This document shows, in pieces, positions 41,869 to 52,061 of a stretch of DNA of 64,000 nt. The notes beneath the pieces are model-generated. The model had not been told where the DNA came from, made no database searches, and worked only from the letters and a program-made list of their open reading frames with translations. The translations under genes were made by a program, and so were the position numbers. Every line of letters begins with the position of its first letter. Within the stretch, counting starts at the first letter, position 1. This DNA comes from an uncultured Arcobacteraceae bacterium (GTDB taxonomy: Bacteria > Campylobacterota > Campylobacteria > Campylobacterales > Arcobacteraceae): contig CAXHZO010000003.1 in NCBI GenBank assembly GCA_964022095.1, positions 96,001-160,000 of the forward strand, read 5' to 3'.

Positions 41869-44169
41869 GTGAATTTAAAAAGACTTTTCATGTTACTGTT
41901 TATTTTAAATACAGTTTCATTTATTTTCGTTGCAGTTGTAATTAATAAGTACCAAAATGCCACTATAAAACTAGAAGATGCCTATCAAATGCAACATAAA
42001 TCTTTGATTTTAGCACAAGAGTTAAGGCAAAGTAGTGATGATTTGACGAGAATGGCAAGAACATATGTTGTAACTGGAAATCCTAAGTTTGAGAAACAGT
42101 TTAAAACTACTTTTGATATTAGAAATGGAGATAAGCCAAGACCAAAAAGATATAATGGAATTTTTTGGGATTTCTATACTTTAGGGCAAGGGGAGCCAGA
42201 GTTTTTAGGTGAAAAAGTAGCTTTACAAGAACTTATGAAAAGAGCTAACTTCCCTCAATCAGAGTTGAATTTACTTTTCAAATCCAAAAAAGAATCAGAT
42301 GATTTAACAAATTTAGAACATAAAGCTATGAATGCAGTTAAAGGTATATTTCAAGATGAAAATGGTCAATATACAATTTATGGAAAGCCTAATTTAAAAC
42401 TAGCAAGAGATATTATGCACTCTGATGAATATCATGAAGCAAAAATCAGAATTATGAAACCACTTGATGAGTTTTATAAAGCTTTTGAATCAAGAACAAA
42501 ACAAAAAGTTGATGAAGCAAGAGCTGTTGTAAAAGAGCAAGAGTTTAATGTAAATGTAATTGTGTTATTTTCAATAATTCTTTTCTTGTTATCTTTTTTT
42601 ATTATATTATTTAGAATTGTTTATCCTATTGATTTACTAAGAGTTGTTATGATGAAATTATCATCAAATGATATGAACGTAGACTTAGAGAAGAACAAAT
42701 ATCAAGATGAAATTGGAGATATGATAGGTTCAGTTAAAATTTTTAAAGAAAATACTGAAAAACTAATACAAAGCGAACAACAAATTACACTTGCTATGGA
42801 AGAAGCAACAAGTGCAAATAAAGCAAAGTCAATTTTTCTTGCGCGTATGAGTCATGAGCTAAGAACACCTTTAAATGCAATCTTAGGTTTTGCAGGACTT
42901 CTAAAAAAATCAAAAAATTTAGATAATCAAGAAAAGAAAAATCTTGATGTAATTAAGAGAAGTGGAAATCACTTATTAAATATTATAAATGAGATATTAG
43001 AGCTTTCAAAAATTGAAGCAGGAAAAATAGAACTTGTTCCTAAAACTTTTGATTTTTATGAATTAATAAAAGACATAGAGTCTATGTTTGCATTTAGATG
43101 TGAATCAAAAGGTTTAGAGTTTAATCTTAGTGTTGACTCAAATGTTCCAACGATCATAAGAACAGATGAACAAAGATTAAAACAAATTCTTATCAATTTA
43201 CTTGGAAACTCTTTGAAGTTTACAAAACAAGGGAGTATTTGTTTAAATATCTATGAACAAAAAGGAAAGCTATTTTTTGAAGTAAAAGATAGTGGTATAG
43301 GAATAGATAAAAAAGATATAAAAAAGATTTTTAAACCATTTGAACAAATAAAGAAAGATGATTATCATTCCCAAGGAACAGGGCTTGGATTATCTATTAC
43401 TAAAGAGTTGATTTCTTTAATGGGTGGAAATATATATGTAAAAAGTATATTAAATAAAGGAAGTGAATTTTATTTTAGTATAGATTATAAAAAGTCATCT
43501 AAATCAAAATTAGAAGATAAAATACTCTTAAAAGATGTAATTTCAATTAGTGATAAAAATGATGATAAAACAATTTTAGTAGTTGATGATATAAAAGAAA
43601 ATAGAGATCTAGTAGTTCAAATATTAATGCAATATGGGTTTAAAACTTATGAAGCAAGTAGCGGGAAACAAGCCATAGATATTTTCAAAGCCCATAGCAT
43701 TGATTTGATTTTCATGGATATTTTAATGACAGGTCTTGATGGCTTAGAGACAACAAATATTATAAGAGCAGATTTAAATAAAAGGGATATTCCTATTATT
43801 GCTCTATCTGCTAATGTTTTTGAAGAAGACAAACAAAAAGCATATAGAAGTGGTGCAAATGATTTTTTAGCGAAACCAGTTGATGAAAAAGAACTAATTC
43901 AACTACTTCAAAAGTACTTAGATTTAAATGTTTCATTTAATGAAGATAAATCACAAATTACAGATGAAGTTCTATTTGAAAATTTATCAAAAGAATTTTT
44001 TGATAAACTTATGCACTTTTGTTTACAAATGGATAATGACTCAATAAAAGAGTTGCTAAAATCAAAAGAGTTAGATAAAAGCAGTAAAAAACATATTGAA
44101 GAATTAGTAGAAGATTATGATTATCAACAAATATTAAGAATATGTGAAAATAAATTAAAACTATTTTAG
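41869..44169 (+). CDS. Membrane hybrid sensor histidine kinase
   Basis: Two TMs, HAMP, MSHELRTP, GTGLGL, receiver VVDD..FMD..KP. Confidence 0.93.
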   Translation: MNLKRLFMLLFILNTVSFIFVAVVINKYQNATIKLEDAYQMQHKSLILAQELRQSSDDLTRMARTYVVTGNPKFEKQFKTTFDIRNGDKPRPKRYNGIFWDFYTLGQGEPEFLGEKVALQELMKRANFPQSELNLLFKSKKESDDLTNLEHKAMNAVKGIFQDENGQYTIYGKPNLKLARDIMHSDEYHEAKIRIMKPLDEFYKAFESRTKQKVDEARAVVKEQEFNVNVIVLFSIILFLLSFFIILFRIVYPIDLLRVVMMKLSSNDMNVDLEKNKYQDEIGDMIGSVKIFKENTEKLIQSEQQITLAMEEATSANKAKSIFLARMSHELRTPLNAILGFAGLLKKSKNLDNQEKKNLDVIKRSGNHLLNIINEILELSKIEAGKIELVPKTFDFYELIKDIESMFAFRCESKGLEFNLSVDSNVPTIIRTDEQRLKQILINLLGNSLKFTKQGSICLNIYEQKGKLFFEVKDSGIGIDKKDIKKIFKPFEQIKKDDYHSQGTGLGLSITKELISLMGGNIYVKSILNKGSEFYFSIDYKKSSKSKLEDKILLKDVISISDKNDDKTILVVDDIKENRDLVVQILMQYGFKTYEASSGKQAIDIFKAHSIDLIFMDILMTGLDGLETTNIIRADLNKRDIPIIALSANVFEEDKQKAYRSGANDFLAKPVDEKELIQLLQKYLDLNVSFNEDKSQITDEVLFENLSKEFFDKLMHFCLQMDNDSIKELLKSKELDKSSKKHIEELVEDYDYQQILRICENKLKLF

Positions 44170-44177
44170 GATATAAA

Positions 44178-44780
44178 ATGAAAGCAATTTTAATTTTTTT
44201 AATTGCAATAAATCTCTTTGCAAATGATGTAGATAAAGCACTTGAACTAAGAAATAATGGAAAGATAAATGAAGCTATAAAACTTTTTAGCAAGACTTGT
44301 GGTAAATATGATGGTAGAGCTTGTTATAACTTAGCAGTTTTATATGATGAGGGAAAGTTAATAAATCAAAACTATGAAAAAGCTAAAAAACTTTACAAAA
44401 GAGCATGTGAGTTAAGCCATGGTTTTGCTTGTTATAATCTTGGAATAATTTATGACAATGCAAAGGGTGTAAAAAAAGATGAATTAAAAGCAAAAGATTT
44501 ATTTGAAAAGTCTTGCAAGTTGGGTGATAGTTTTGGTTGTTATAATTTTGGTTCAATCTTTTATGAAGGAAAAATTGTAAAACAAGATTATAAGAAAGCA
44601 AAAAAATATTTTGAAATTGCGTGTAAAGCAAAAGACGGTCAAGCATGCAATATGCTAGCTGTTATGTATTATAATAGCTATGGTATTAATTATGATATTG
44701 ATAAGATAAAAGAGTTATTAAAAAAAGGATGTTCATATGGTTATGATGCATCTTGTAGAAATTATAAAAAAATAAATTAA
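44178..44780 (+). CDS. Secreted cysteine-rich Sel1 repeat protein (Hcp-like)
   Basis: Signal peptide; ~36-aa repeats with C-x7-C pairs. Confidence 0.88.
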   Translation: MKAILIFLIAINLFANDVDKALELRNNGKINEAIKLFSKTCGKYDGRACYNLAVLYDEGKLINQNYEKAKKLYKRACELSHGFACYNLGIIYDNAKGVKKDELKAKDLFEKSCKLGDSFGCYNFGSIFYEGKIVKQDYKKAKKYFEIACKAKDGQACNMLAVMYYNSYGINYDIDKIKELLKKGCSYGYDASCRNYKKIN

Positions 44781-44799
44781 AAATTTTAAGGTTTAAATT

Positions 44800-45198
44800 A
44801 TGGATATAGAAATATCAACTCCAGCACTATTATTTCCAGCAATATCGCTATTGCTTTTGGCATATACAAATAGATTTTTAACAACAGGACAACTAATCAG
44901 ATCAATAAGTCATCAAGCTAGAACTCATGGTGGACATGAATTATCAGGTCAGATAGAAAACTTAAAAAAAAGACTAGAACTAACAAAATGGATGCAGTTT
45001 TTTGGAGTGGTTTCAATCTTACTTTGTACTATCTCTATGTTTTCACTTTTTTTAGGATTTTACACTTTAGGAAGGGATATTTTTGGCCTTAGTTTAGGTA
45101 CTATGTGTATATCACTTGTCCTATCTCTTTGGGAGGTTTATATCTCATCAAATGCCTTGAATTTAGAGCTTAAGGACTTACATGATAAGTGTAAGTAA
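44800..45198 (+). CDS. DUF2721-type membrane protein
   Basis: TPALLFPAISLLLLAYTNRF, three TMs. Confidence 0.8.
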   Translation: MDIEISTPALLFPAISLLLLAYTNRFLTTGQLIRSISHQARTHGGHELSGQIENLKKRLELTKWMQFFGVVSILLCTISMFSLFLGFYTLGRDIFGLSLGTMCISLVLSLWEVYISSNALNLELKDLHDKCK

Positions 45199-45217
45199 AA
45201 GCTTTATTTAAATTTTT

Positions 45218-45727
45218 TTATATTACACCTTTTACTTTATATGCAATAACCTTATAAGCTTTTTCTCCTAAATGAAGACCATCTGTTGTCAAGTCTTCTC
45301 TTAGAAGTTGTTCGTTATCTTCAAAAGCACTATTTAAATTTATAAATTCTATTTTATTTTCATGTGCATATTCTTTTATCATTTTATTAAAAGTTGCAAC
45401 TTTTTTATTTACTGCAGGCATTCTAGTAATAAGAGTTGCATTTAGGATTAGTTTAGTTTTTGTTGATTTTAATTTTTCAACTATTTTTATATAGGTTTCA
45501 AAAACTTTTTCTATGGGAATAGAAATACATAAGTCATTTATTCCTGCCATCAAAACTACAGTTTTGGGTTCTATTTGAATAACTTTATCAACTCTTTTTA
45601 ATATACCTGAAGTTGTATCTCCATCAATTCCAAGATTTAGTATGCATTGAGTTTCTAGTAGTTTTTTCCAATCAGCTCGACGTGTTATTGAATCTCCAAG
45701 CATTACTATATCGATATTGTTTTTCAT
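45218..45727 (-). CDS. GDSL/SGNH hydrolase
   Basis: GDSIT, GIDGD, GIND, DGLH. Confidence 0.92.
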   Translation of the reverse strand: MKNNIDIVMLGDSITRRADWKKLLETQCILNLGIDGDTTSGILKRVDKVIQIEPKTVVLMAGINDLCISIPIEKVFETYIKIVEKLKSTKTKLILNATLITRMPAVNKKVATFNKMIKEYAHENKIEFINLNSAFEDNEQLLREDLTTDGLHLGEKAYKVIAYKVKGVI

Positions 45728-45787
45728 ATTAAATAAATCCTTTGCAGTATTAAACCAAAAATAAAATTATAAAGCAAATATGAAGTA

Positions 45788-45804
45788 TGTATACTTTTTA
45801 TACA
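45788..45804. promoter_or_regulatory. 17-bp palindrome upstream of urtA
   Basis: TGTATA-CTTTT-TATACA; near-identical copy upstream of ureD. Confidence 0.65.
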
Positions 45805-45906
45805 AATAACTTCAATAGTTACTAGCAAAAACAACACTTAAACAACACTTCTATTTTATACTTCCAATCAGAAGTCAAAAGGACTTAAATAAAAAGGAGC
45901 ACAAAC

Positions 45907-47184
45907 ATGAAGAAGACGTTTGCAAAAGCAGTAGTAGCATCTGCTTTAATCGGAGGAATGTTAGCACATGCAGCTGATACAATTAAAGTTGGTGTATTAC
46001 ACTCATTATCAGGAACAATGGCTATTTCTGAAACTACATTAAAAGATACAGTTTTAATGTTAATCGAAGAGCAAAATAAAAAAGGTGGGGTTTTAGGTAA
46101 AAAATTAGAGCCTGTAGTTGTTGACCCAGCTTCAAATTGGCCTTTATTTGCAGAAAAAATGAGATCATTATTGACTAAAGATAAAGTAGATGTAACATTT
46201 GGTTGTTGGACATCAGTATCTAGAAAATCTGTTTTACCAGTTGTTGAAGAGTTAAACGGACTATTATTCTACCCAGTACAATATGAGGGTGAAGAATCTT
46301 CTAAAAATGTATTTTATACTGGTGCGTCGCCAAACCAACAAGCAATCCCAGCAGTTGATTACTTAATGAATGAAATTGGTGTTAAAAGATGGGTTTTAGC
46401 TGGTACTGACTACGTATATCCTAGAACTACAAACAAGATTTTAGAGTCTTACTTAATTGCTAAAGGGGTAGCAAAAGAAGATATCATGATTAATTATACT
46501 CCTTTTGGACACTCTGATTGGCAATCAATTGTATCTGATGTTAAAAAATTCGGAAATGCTGGTAAGAAAACAGCAGTTGTTTCTACAATCAATGGTGATG
46601 CAAACGTACCATTTTATAAAGAGTTAGGTAACCAAGGTATTAGTGCTGAAGATATTCCAGTTGTTGCTTTCTCAGTTGGGGAAGAAGAACTTTCAGGTCT
46701 TGATACTAAACCATTAGTTGGACACTTAGCAGCATGGAACTACTTCCAAAGTGCAGAGTCTCCTGAAAATGATAAATTTATTTCTTCATGGAAAACATTT
46801 GTTAAAGATGATAAAAGAGTTACAAATGACCCAATGGAAGCTACTTATATCGGATTTAACTTATGGGTAAAAGCTGTTGAAAAAGCTGGTACTACTGATG
46901 TAGATGCTGTTTCTAAAGCGATTATTGGTCTTTCTGTTCCTAACTTAACTGGTGGAACTGCAACAATGCTTAAAAATCACCACTTAACAAAACCAGTATT
47001 AATTGGTGAGATTCAAGAAGATGGACAATTTGAAACTGTTTACTCAACTGAAGGTGAAGTAGCAGGTGATGCATGGTCTGATTTCTTACCATCATCTAAA
47101 GATGTAATTTCAGATTGGACAGCACCAATCAATTGTGGTAACTACAACACTATTACTAAAAAGTGTTCTGGTCAAAACTACTAA
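45907..47184 (+). CDS. urtA: Urea ABC transporter substrate-binding protein
   Basis: LHSLSGTMAISE, GCWTSVSRK, YPVQYEG, DYVYPRT. Confidence 0.95.
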   Translation: MKKTFAKAVVASALIGGMLAHAADTIKVGVLHSLSGTMAISETTLKDTVLMLIEEQNKKGGVLGKKLEPVVVDPASNWPLFAEKMRSLLTKDKVDVTFGCWTSVSRKSVLPVVEELNGLLFYPVQYEGEESSKNVFYTGASPNQQAIPAVDYLMNEIGVKRWVLAGTDYVYPRTTNKILESYLIAKGVAKEDIMINYTPFGHSDWQSIVSDVKKFGNAGKKTAVVSTINGDANVPFYKELGNQGISAEDIPVVAFSVGEEELSGLDTKPLVGHLAAWNYFQSAESPENDKFISSWKTFVKDDKRVTNDPMEATYIGFNLWVKAVEKAGTTDVDAVSKAIIGLSVPNLTGGTATMLKNHHLTKPVLIGEIQEDGQFETVYSTEGEVAGDAWSDFLPSSKDVISDWTAPINCGNYNTITKKCSGQNY

Positions 47185-47257
47185 TAAAATCTAAAAAATA
47201 AAAGAGAGACTCTTCCTCTCTTTTATATTCTCAATCTATTCAAAACAGGACTACTAA

Positions 47258-48859
47258 ATGAAAACAATATTCAAAATGATTTTTCTTAATTTATTAATCC
47301 TATCATCTGTTTTTTCTGCTTCATTTGAAGAAGATATTAAAGCTTTAGATACAAAAAGTTTTAAAACAAAACAAAAAGTAGTTGAGCAGTTAGCTTTAAA
47401 CTATGCAGAAGATGATAGATTAACAACACTTTTTTCTAAGATGGTTCAAGGTGACTTATACTATACAAAAGATGATAAGACTTTTGTAGTTTTAGAAAAA
47501 AAAGAAGGAAAACAATACTTTACTAAAAACTTTTTAACAAATAGTGCTTTAGAGCCTATGGATAAATATAGTTTTAAAAAGGTAAAAACAAACAATAAAT
47601 TAAGAAGTGTTATTAAAAACTTACTTGCACAGATAAATCTATTTTCAAAAAATAAAGAAAAAAGATTAAAATCTGCAAAAAATATCTTAGATAATGTTTC
47701 AAAAGATGATGAAGTGATTATCGATAAAGTTTTAAAAACTGAAAAAGACTCTTCAATCATAGAAGTTTTACAAGAAGCAAAATATATTATTGTTGCAAAT
47801 AACTATACAGGTGATGTACAGTTAGATGCAGTTAAAAACCTAGGAGATTTTATCTCTTCAAAGTCACTTGCAACACTAAAAGCTATCGAAAGTAAGGATT
47901 CTTCAAGCGATGAATTAAAAAAAGTTGCAGCTAAATCAATAGCATCAGTAGAAAGCTCAAGAAGTTTTTATGCTGTATTAGAAACGGCATTTTTTGGTTT
48001 ATCTCAAGGATCAGTTTTACTTTTAGCTGCAATTGGACTTGCTATTACATTTGGTGTTATGAAAGTAATTAATATGGCTCATGGTGAGTTAATCATGATT
48101 GGAGCGTATACAACATATACAATCCAACAAATCATGCCTGGACTTATTGAATACTCAATTATCATTGCTATTCCAGCAGCATTTATTGTAAGTGGTATTG
48201 TTGGTATTTTAATTGAAAGACTAGTAATTAGACACTTATATGGAAGACCACTTGAAACACTTTTAGCAACATTTGGTATTAGTTTAATTTTACAACAATT
48301 AGTAAGAAGTATTTACTCTCCATTAAACCAAGAAGTAAAAACTCCTGATTGGATGAGTGGGGCACTTGAAATCAATAGTGCATTATCACTTACATATAAT
48401 AGACTTTATATCATCATTTTTGCACTGATTGTTTTCTTTGCAATTTTATATGTGATGAAAAAAACAAGCTTAGGTTTAAAGGTGAGAGCAGTTTCTCAAA
48501 ATAGACCAATAGCAAGAGCTATGGGTATTAAATCAAGTTATATTGATGCAGCTACATTTGGTATTGGTTCTGGTATTGCAGGAGTTGCTGGTGTTGCATT
48601 ATCTCAGCTTACAAATGTAGGACCAAATTTAGGACAAGCATATATTGTAGATTCGTTTATGGTTGTTGTATTTGGTGGAGTTGGTAACTTATGGGGAACA
48701 CTAATAGCTGCATTCTCTCTTGGAGAAATCAACAAATTTATCGAGCCAGTTGCAGGAGCAGTTCTTGCTAAAGTTATTATCTTAGTATTTATTATCTTAT
48801 TTATACAGAAAAAACCAAGAGGACTTTTCCCACAAAAGGGAAGAGATGTGGAGGACTAA
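47258..48859 (+). CDS. urtB: Urea ABC transporter permease with long N-terminal soluble domain
   Basis: GLAITFGVM.VINMAHGE, RPLETLLATFG, FPQKGR. Confidence 0.93.
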   Translation: MKTIFKMIFLNLLILSSVFSASFEEDIKALDTKSFKTKQKVVEQLALNYAEDDRLTTLFSKMVQGDLYYTKDDKTFVVLEKKEGKQYFTKNFLTNSALEPMDKYSFKKVKTNNKLRSVIKNLLAQINLFSKNKEKRLKSAKNILDNVSKDDEVIIDKVLKTEKDSSIIEVLQEAKYIIVANNYTGDVQLDAVKNLGDFISSKSLATLKAIESKDSSSDELKKVAAKSIASVESSRSFYAVLETAFFGLSQGSVLLLAAIGLAITFGVMKVINMAHGELIMIGAYTTYTIQQIMPGLIEYSIIIAIPAAFIVSGIVGILIERLVIRHLYGRPLETLLATFGISLILQQLVRSIYSPLNQEVKTPDWMSGALEINSALSLTYNRLYIIIFALIVFFAILYVMKKTSLGLKVRAVSQNRPIARAMGIKSSYIDAATFGIGSGIAGVAGVALSQLTNVGPNLGQAYIVDSFMVVVFGGVGNLWGTLIAAFSLGEINKFIEPVAGAVLAKVIILVFIILFIQKKPRGLFPQKGRDVED

Positions 48860-48862
48860 TTT

Positions 48863-49972
48863 ATGAAAAGACAACCTTTAATATTAAAAATTATGAAAAA
48901 CGATAAAGGTGGAAAGATAGTTCTTTGCGCTCTAGCAGTTGTTGTATTTGTAGTTGCATTTTGTAATTTATTTGTACCATCAGATTCAGTGTTTTATATC
49001 TCAACTTTTACAGTTACGATTTTAGGTAAATATTTAGCATTTGCTCTTTTAGCACTTGCACTTGATTTAGTTTGGGGATATTTAGGAGTACTTAGTCTTG
49101 GGCATGGAGCATTTTTTGCTCTAGGTGGATATGCTTGGGCTATGTATCTTATGAGACAAATTGGGGATAGAGGTGTTTATGGAAACCCAGAGCTACCAGA
49201 TTTCATGGTATTTATGAACCTAAAAGAGTTACCATGGTTTTGGTATGGTTTTGATAATCCTATTTTTGCATTTTTAATGGTGGGATTAGTTCCTGGTATT
49301 TTAGCATTTGTATTTGGATGGTTTGCATTTAAATCAAGAGTTACTGGGGTTTATCTATCAATTATCACTCAAGCGATGACTTATGCACTTATGTTAGCAT
49401 TCTTTAGAAATGACATGGGGTTTGGTGGAAACAATGGTCTTACAGACTTTAAAGATATTTTAGGATTTGATTTACAAGCTGATACTACAAGAGTAGGGCT
49501 TTTAATCATCACTTTTTTATCTTTAACTTTAGGGTATTTACTTTGTAGATTTATCATAAATTCAAGATTAGGACGTGTTGTAATATCTATTAGAGATGCT
49601 GAGAGTAGAGTTAGGTTCTTAGGATATAAAGTTGAGCAGTATAAACTATTTATATTTATAGTATCAGCTGTACTTGCTGCAATTGCAGGGGCTTTATATG
49701 TACCTCAAGTTGGTATTATTAATCCTGGTGTATTTAGTCCACTGTTTTCAATTGAACTTGTTATTTGGGTTGCAATTGGTGGAAGAGGTACTTTATATGG
49801 AGCAATTATTGGAGCTATGATAGTAAGTTTTGCAAGCACATATTTTACTTCAGCTCTTCCAGAAGTTTGGTTATACGCACTTGGTGCACTATTTGTTGTA
49901 GTTACTTTATATCTACCAAAAGGTGTAGTAGGGCTTATCTCTCAAATTAATTCAAAAGTTAAAAAGGCGTAG
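48863..49972 (+). CDS. urtC: Urea ABC transporter permease
   Basis: LDLVWGY.G.LSLGHG, LPDFM, GGNNGLTDFK, GGRGTL. Confidence 0.93.
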   Translation: MKRQPLILKIMKNDKGGKIVLCALAVVVFVVAFCNLFVPSDSVFYISTFTVTILGKYLAFALLALALDLVWGYLGVLSLGHGAFFALGGYAWAMYLMRQIGDRGVYGNPELPDFMVFMNLKELPWFWYGFDNPIFAFLMVGLVPGILAFVFGWFAFKSRVTGVYLSIITQAMTYALMLAFFRNDMGFGGNNGLTDFKDILGFDLQADTTRVGLLIITFLSLTLGYLLCRFIINSRLGRVVISIRDAESRVRFLGYKVEQYKLFIFIVSAVLAAIAGALYVPQVGIINPGVFSPLFSIELVIWVAIGGRGTLYGAIIGAMIVSFASTYFTSALPEVWLYALGALFVVVTLYLPKGVVGLISQINSKVKKA

Positions 49973-49974
49973 AT

Positions 49975-50763
49975 ATGAAACTATTAAAACACGAAAATGA
50001 ACAAAGATTTGGTGATATTAAAAAAGGAGATAGAATCCTTTTAGTAGATGGTGTTAGTGTTAGTTTTGATGGATTTAAAGCTTTAAATAACTTAAGTTTT
50101 TCTATTAATTATGGTGAGTTAAGATGTATCATTGGAGCAAATGGTGCTGGAAAATCTACTATGATGGATGTAGTTACTGGAAAAACAAAACCAGATGAGG
50201 GGCATGTTGTATTTGGTGAAGCAGTTGATTTACTAGAAATGGATGAGCCAAGTATTGCACAAATTGGTATTGGAAGAAAATTTCAAAAGCCAACAGTTTT
50301 TCAAAATCACACAGTATTTGAGAACTTAGAGCTTGCGATGAAAGATGATAAAAGATTTTTCAAAACACTTTTTTCAAAACTAAATGGAGAGCAAAAAGAC
50401 AAAATCGAAGAGACTATGAAATTAATTGGTTTGCAAGAACTTTATAAACAAAATGCAGGAATCTTATCTCATGGTCAAAAGCAGTGGTTAGAAATCGGTA
50501 TGTTAATTATGCAAGAGCCAAAGCTATTATTAGTAGATGAACCAGTTGCTGGTATGACTCCACAAGAGGTTGAAAATACTGCAGAGATTTTAACGAATCT
50601 TGCAAAAGATAATGCAGTTGTAGTTGTTGAGCATGATATGGAATTTATTAGAAGTATCGCAAAAAAAGTAACAGTACTTCATGAAGGGTCAGTATTAGCA
50701 GAAGGTAGTATGGATTCTATTCAGAACAATGAAGATGTTAGAAAAGTATATTTAGGTGAGTAA
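49975..50763 (+). CDS. urtD: Urea ABC transporter ATPase
   Basis: GANGAGKST, GRKFQKP, LSHGQKQWLEIGM. Confidence 0.93.
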   Translation: MKLLKHENEQRFGDIKKGDRILLVDGVSVSFDGFKALNNLSFSINYGELRCIIGANGAGKSTMMDVVTGKTKPDEGHVVFGEAVDLLEMDEPSIAQIGIGRKFQKPTVFQNHTVFENLELAMKDDKRFFKTLFSKLNGEQKDKIEETMKLIGLQELYKQNAGILSHGQKQWLEIGMLIMQEPKLLLVDEPVAGMTPQEVENTAEILTNLAKDNAVVVVEHDMEFIRSIAKKVTVLHEGSVLAEGSMDSIQNNEDVRKVYLGE

Positions 50764-50764
50764 T

Positions 50765-51460
50765 ATGTTAAAAATAGAAAAAGTAAATCAATTTTATGGA
50801 CAAAGTCACACCCTGTGGGATTTGGATTTAGAGTTTAAAAAAGGTAGATGTACTTGTGTTATGGGAAGAAATGGTGTTGGGAAAACAACACTTAGTAAAG
50901 TAATTATGGGATTACTTCCTATCAAAGATGGAGGATTGATTTATAATGAAAATGATATTTCAAAACTACCAGATCATAAAAGAGCAAGTATAGCTATAGG
51001 ATATGTTCCGCAAGGAAGAGAAATATTTTCACAACTTACTGTTTTAGAAAACCTTCAAATAGGTGTATTATCAAATAGAAATAAAATCAAAGAAGTTCCT
51101 TCTAAAATCTATGATTTATTTCCAGTTTTAAAAGATATGAGTCATAGAAAAGGTGGGGATTTAAGTGGTGGTCAGCAACAACAACTTGCAATCGCAAGAG
51201 CACTTTGTATCGACCCAGATTTTTTAATACTTGATGAACCAAGTGAAGGAATCCAACCAAATATTGTAGCTCAAATTGGTGAGGTAATAGACTACCTTAC
51301 AAAAGAAGAAAATATCACAGTGATGTTAGTAGAACAAAAACTACCATTCGCTAGACGTCATGGTGATGACTTTTATGTTCTAGATAGAGGTAGTGTAGTT
51401 GCAAATGGTGAAATCAGCCAGTTAAGTGATGATATTATTAAGAAGTATATGTCAGTTTAG
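50765..51460 (+). CDS. urtE: Urea ABC transporter ATPase
   Basis: GRNGVGKTT, YVPQGREIF, LSGGQQQQLAIAR, EGIQP. Confidence 0.93.
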   Translation: MLKIEKVNQFYGQSHTLWDLDLEFKKGRCTCVMGRNGVGKTTLSKVIMGLLPIKDGGLIYNENDISKLPDHKRASIAIGYVPQGREIFSQLTVLENLQIGVLSNRNKIKEVPSKIYDLFPVLKDMSHRKGGDLSGGQQQQLAIARALCIDPDFLILDEPSEGIQPNIVAQIGEVIDYLTKEENITVMLVEQKLPFARRHGDDFYVLDRGSVVANGEISQLSDDIIKKYMSV

Positions 51461-51543
51461 TTTTTATTTAAATAAAATATATCACAAGTAGTTGAAATTG
51501 AATTATCTATTAAAGAAGCTTCATAAATAGTTTTTTTAATAGA
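51457..51543 (-). pseudogene. 3' fragment of IS-interrupted Ntn/proteasome-beta-like gene
   Basis: Reads SIKKTIYEASLIDNSISTTCDIFYLNKN*, in frame with 54873-54407 once the element is removed. Confidence 0.75.
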
Positions 51544-51642
51544 GAGACTGTTTAGAGTTTTGTGTCAAATCCTGATAGTTGAATAAAACTATATCATATT
51601 CATAATTATTTGTAAATTTAATTCCACTAATAATAAATCAAC

Positions 51643-51684
51643 TTGACAAACATATTTTATTATATTAGAATATTCTAATATAAT
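51643..51684 (+). promoter_or_regulatory. Sigma70 promoter with overlapping ArsR-type operator
   Basis: TTGACA-17bp-TAGAAT; perfect 26-bp palindrome ATTATATTAGAATATTCTAATATAAT at 51659-84. Confidence 0.8.
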
Positions 51685-51699
51685 TATATTGGAGTTTAT

Positions 51700-52059
51700 A
51701 TGAGTGAAGAATGTTATAGAGAGTCAAGTAATATCAGTGAAGTTGAAAAAGCTAAGAGTTTTATTTCTGATAATCATTTAGAGATAGAAAAAGAATCAGA
51801 AAAATTAGCACTACTGTCAAATAGTGTTAGACTAAAAATTGTATTACTACTTAAAAACTTCAATAAACTTTGTGTATGTGACATTGGTGAAATATTAGAA
51901 GTTAATCAATCTGCAATTTCTCAACACCTTAGAAAATTAAAAGATGGTGGGATATTGAATAAATCAAGAGAAGGGTTAACTATTTACTATTTTATTGATG
52001 AAGTGAATAACCCTGATTTAATAGGCTTATTAGAAAAAATATTTTTATTCAAGGAATAA
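51700..52059 (+). CDS. ArsR/SmtB family metalloregulator
   Basis: RLKIV..L, LCVCDI, QSAISQHLRKLK, REG..IYY. Confidence 0.93.
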   Translation: MSEECYRESSNISEVEKAKSFISDNHLEIEKESEKLALLSNSVRLKIVLLLKNFNKLCVCDIGEILEVNQSAISQHLRKLKDGGILNKSREGLTIYYFIDEVNNPDLIGLLEKIFLFKE

Positions 52060-52061
52060 CT

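Noticed and set aside
47258-47960. Long N-terminal domain of UrtB as a novel fusion
   Set aside because: Extended UrtB proteins are, to my knowledge, common in proteobacterial urt operons
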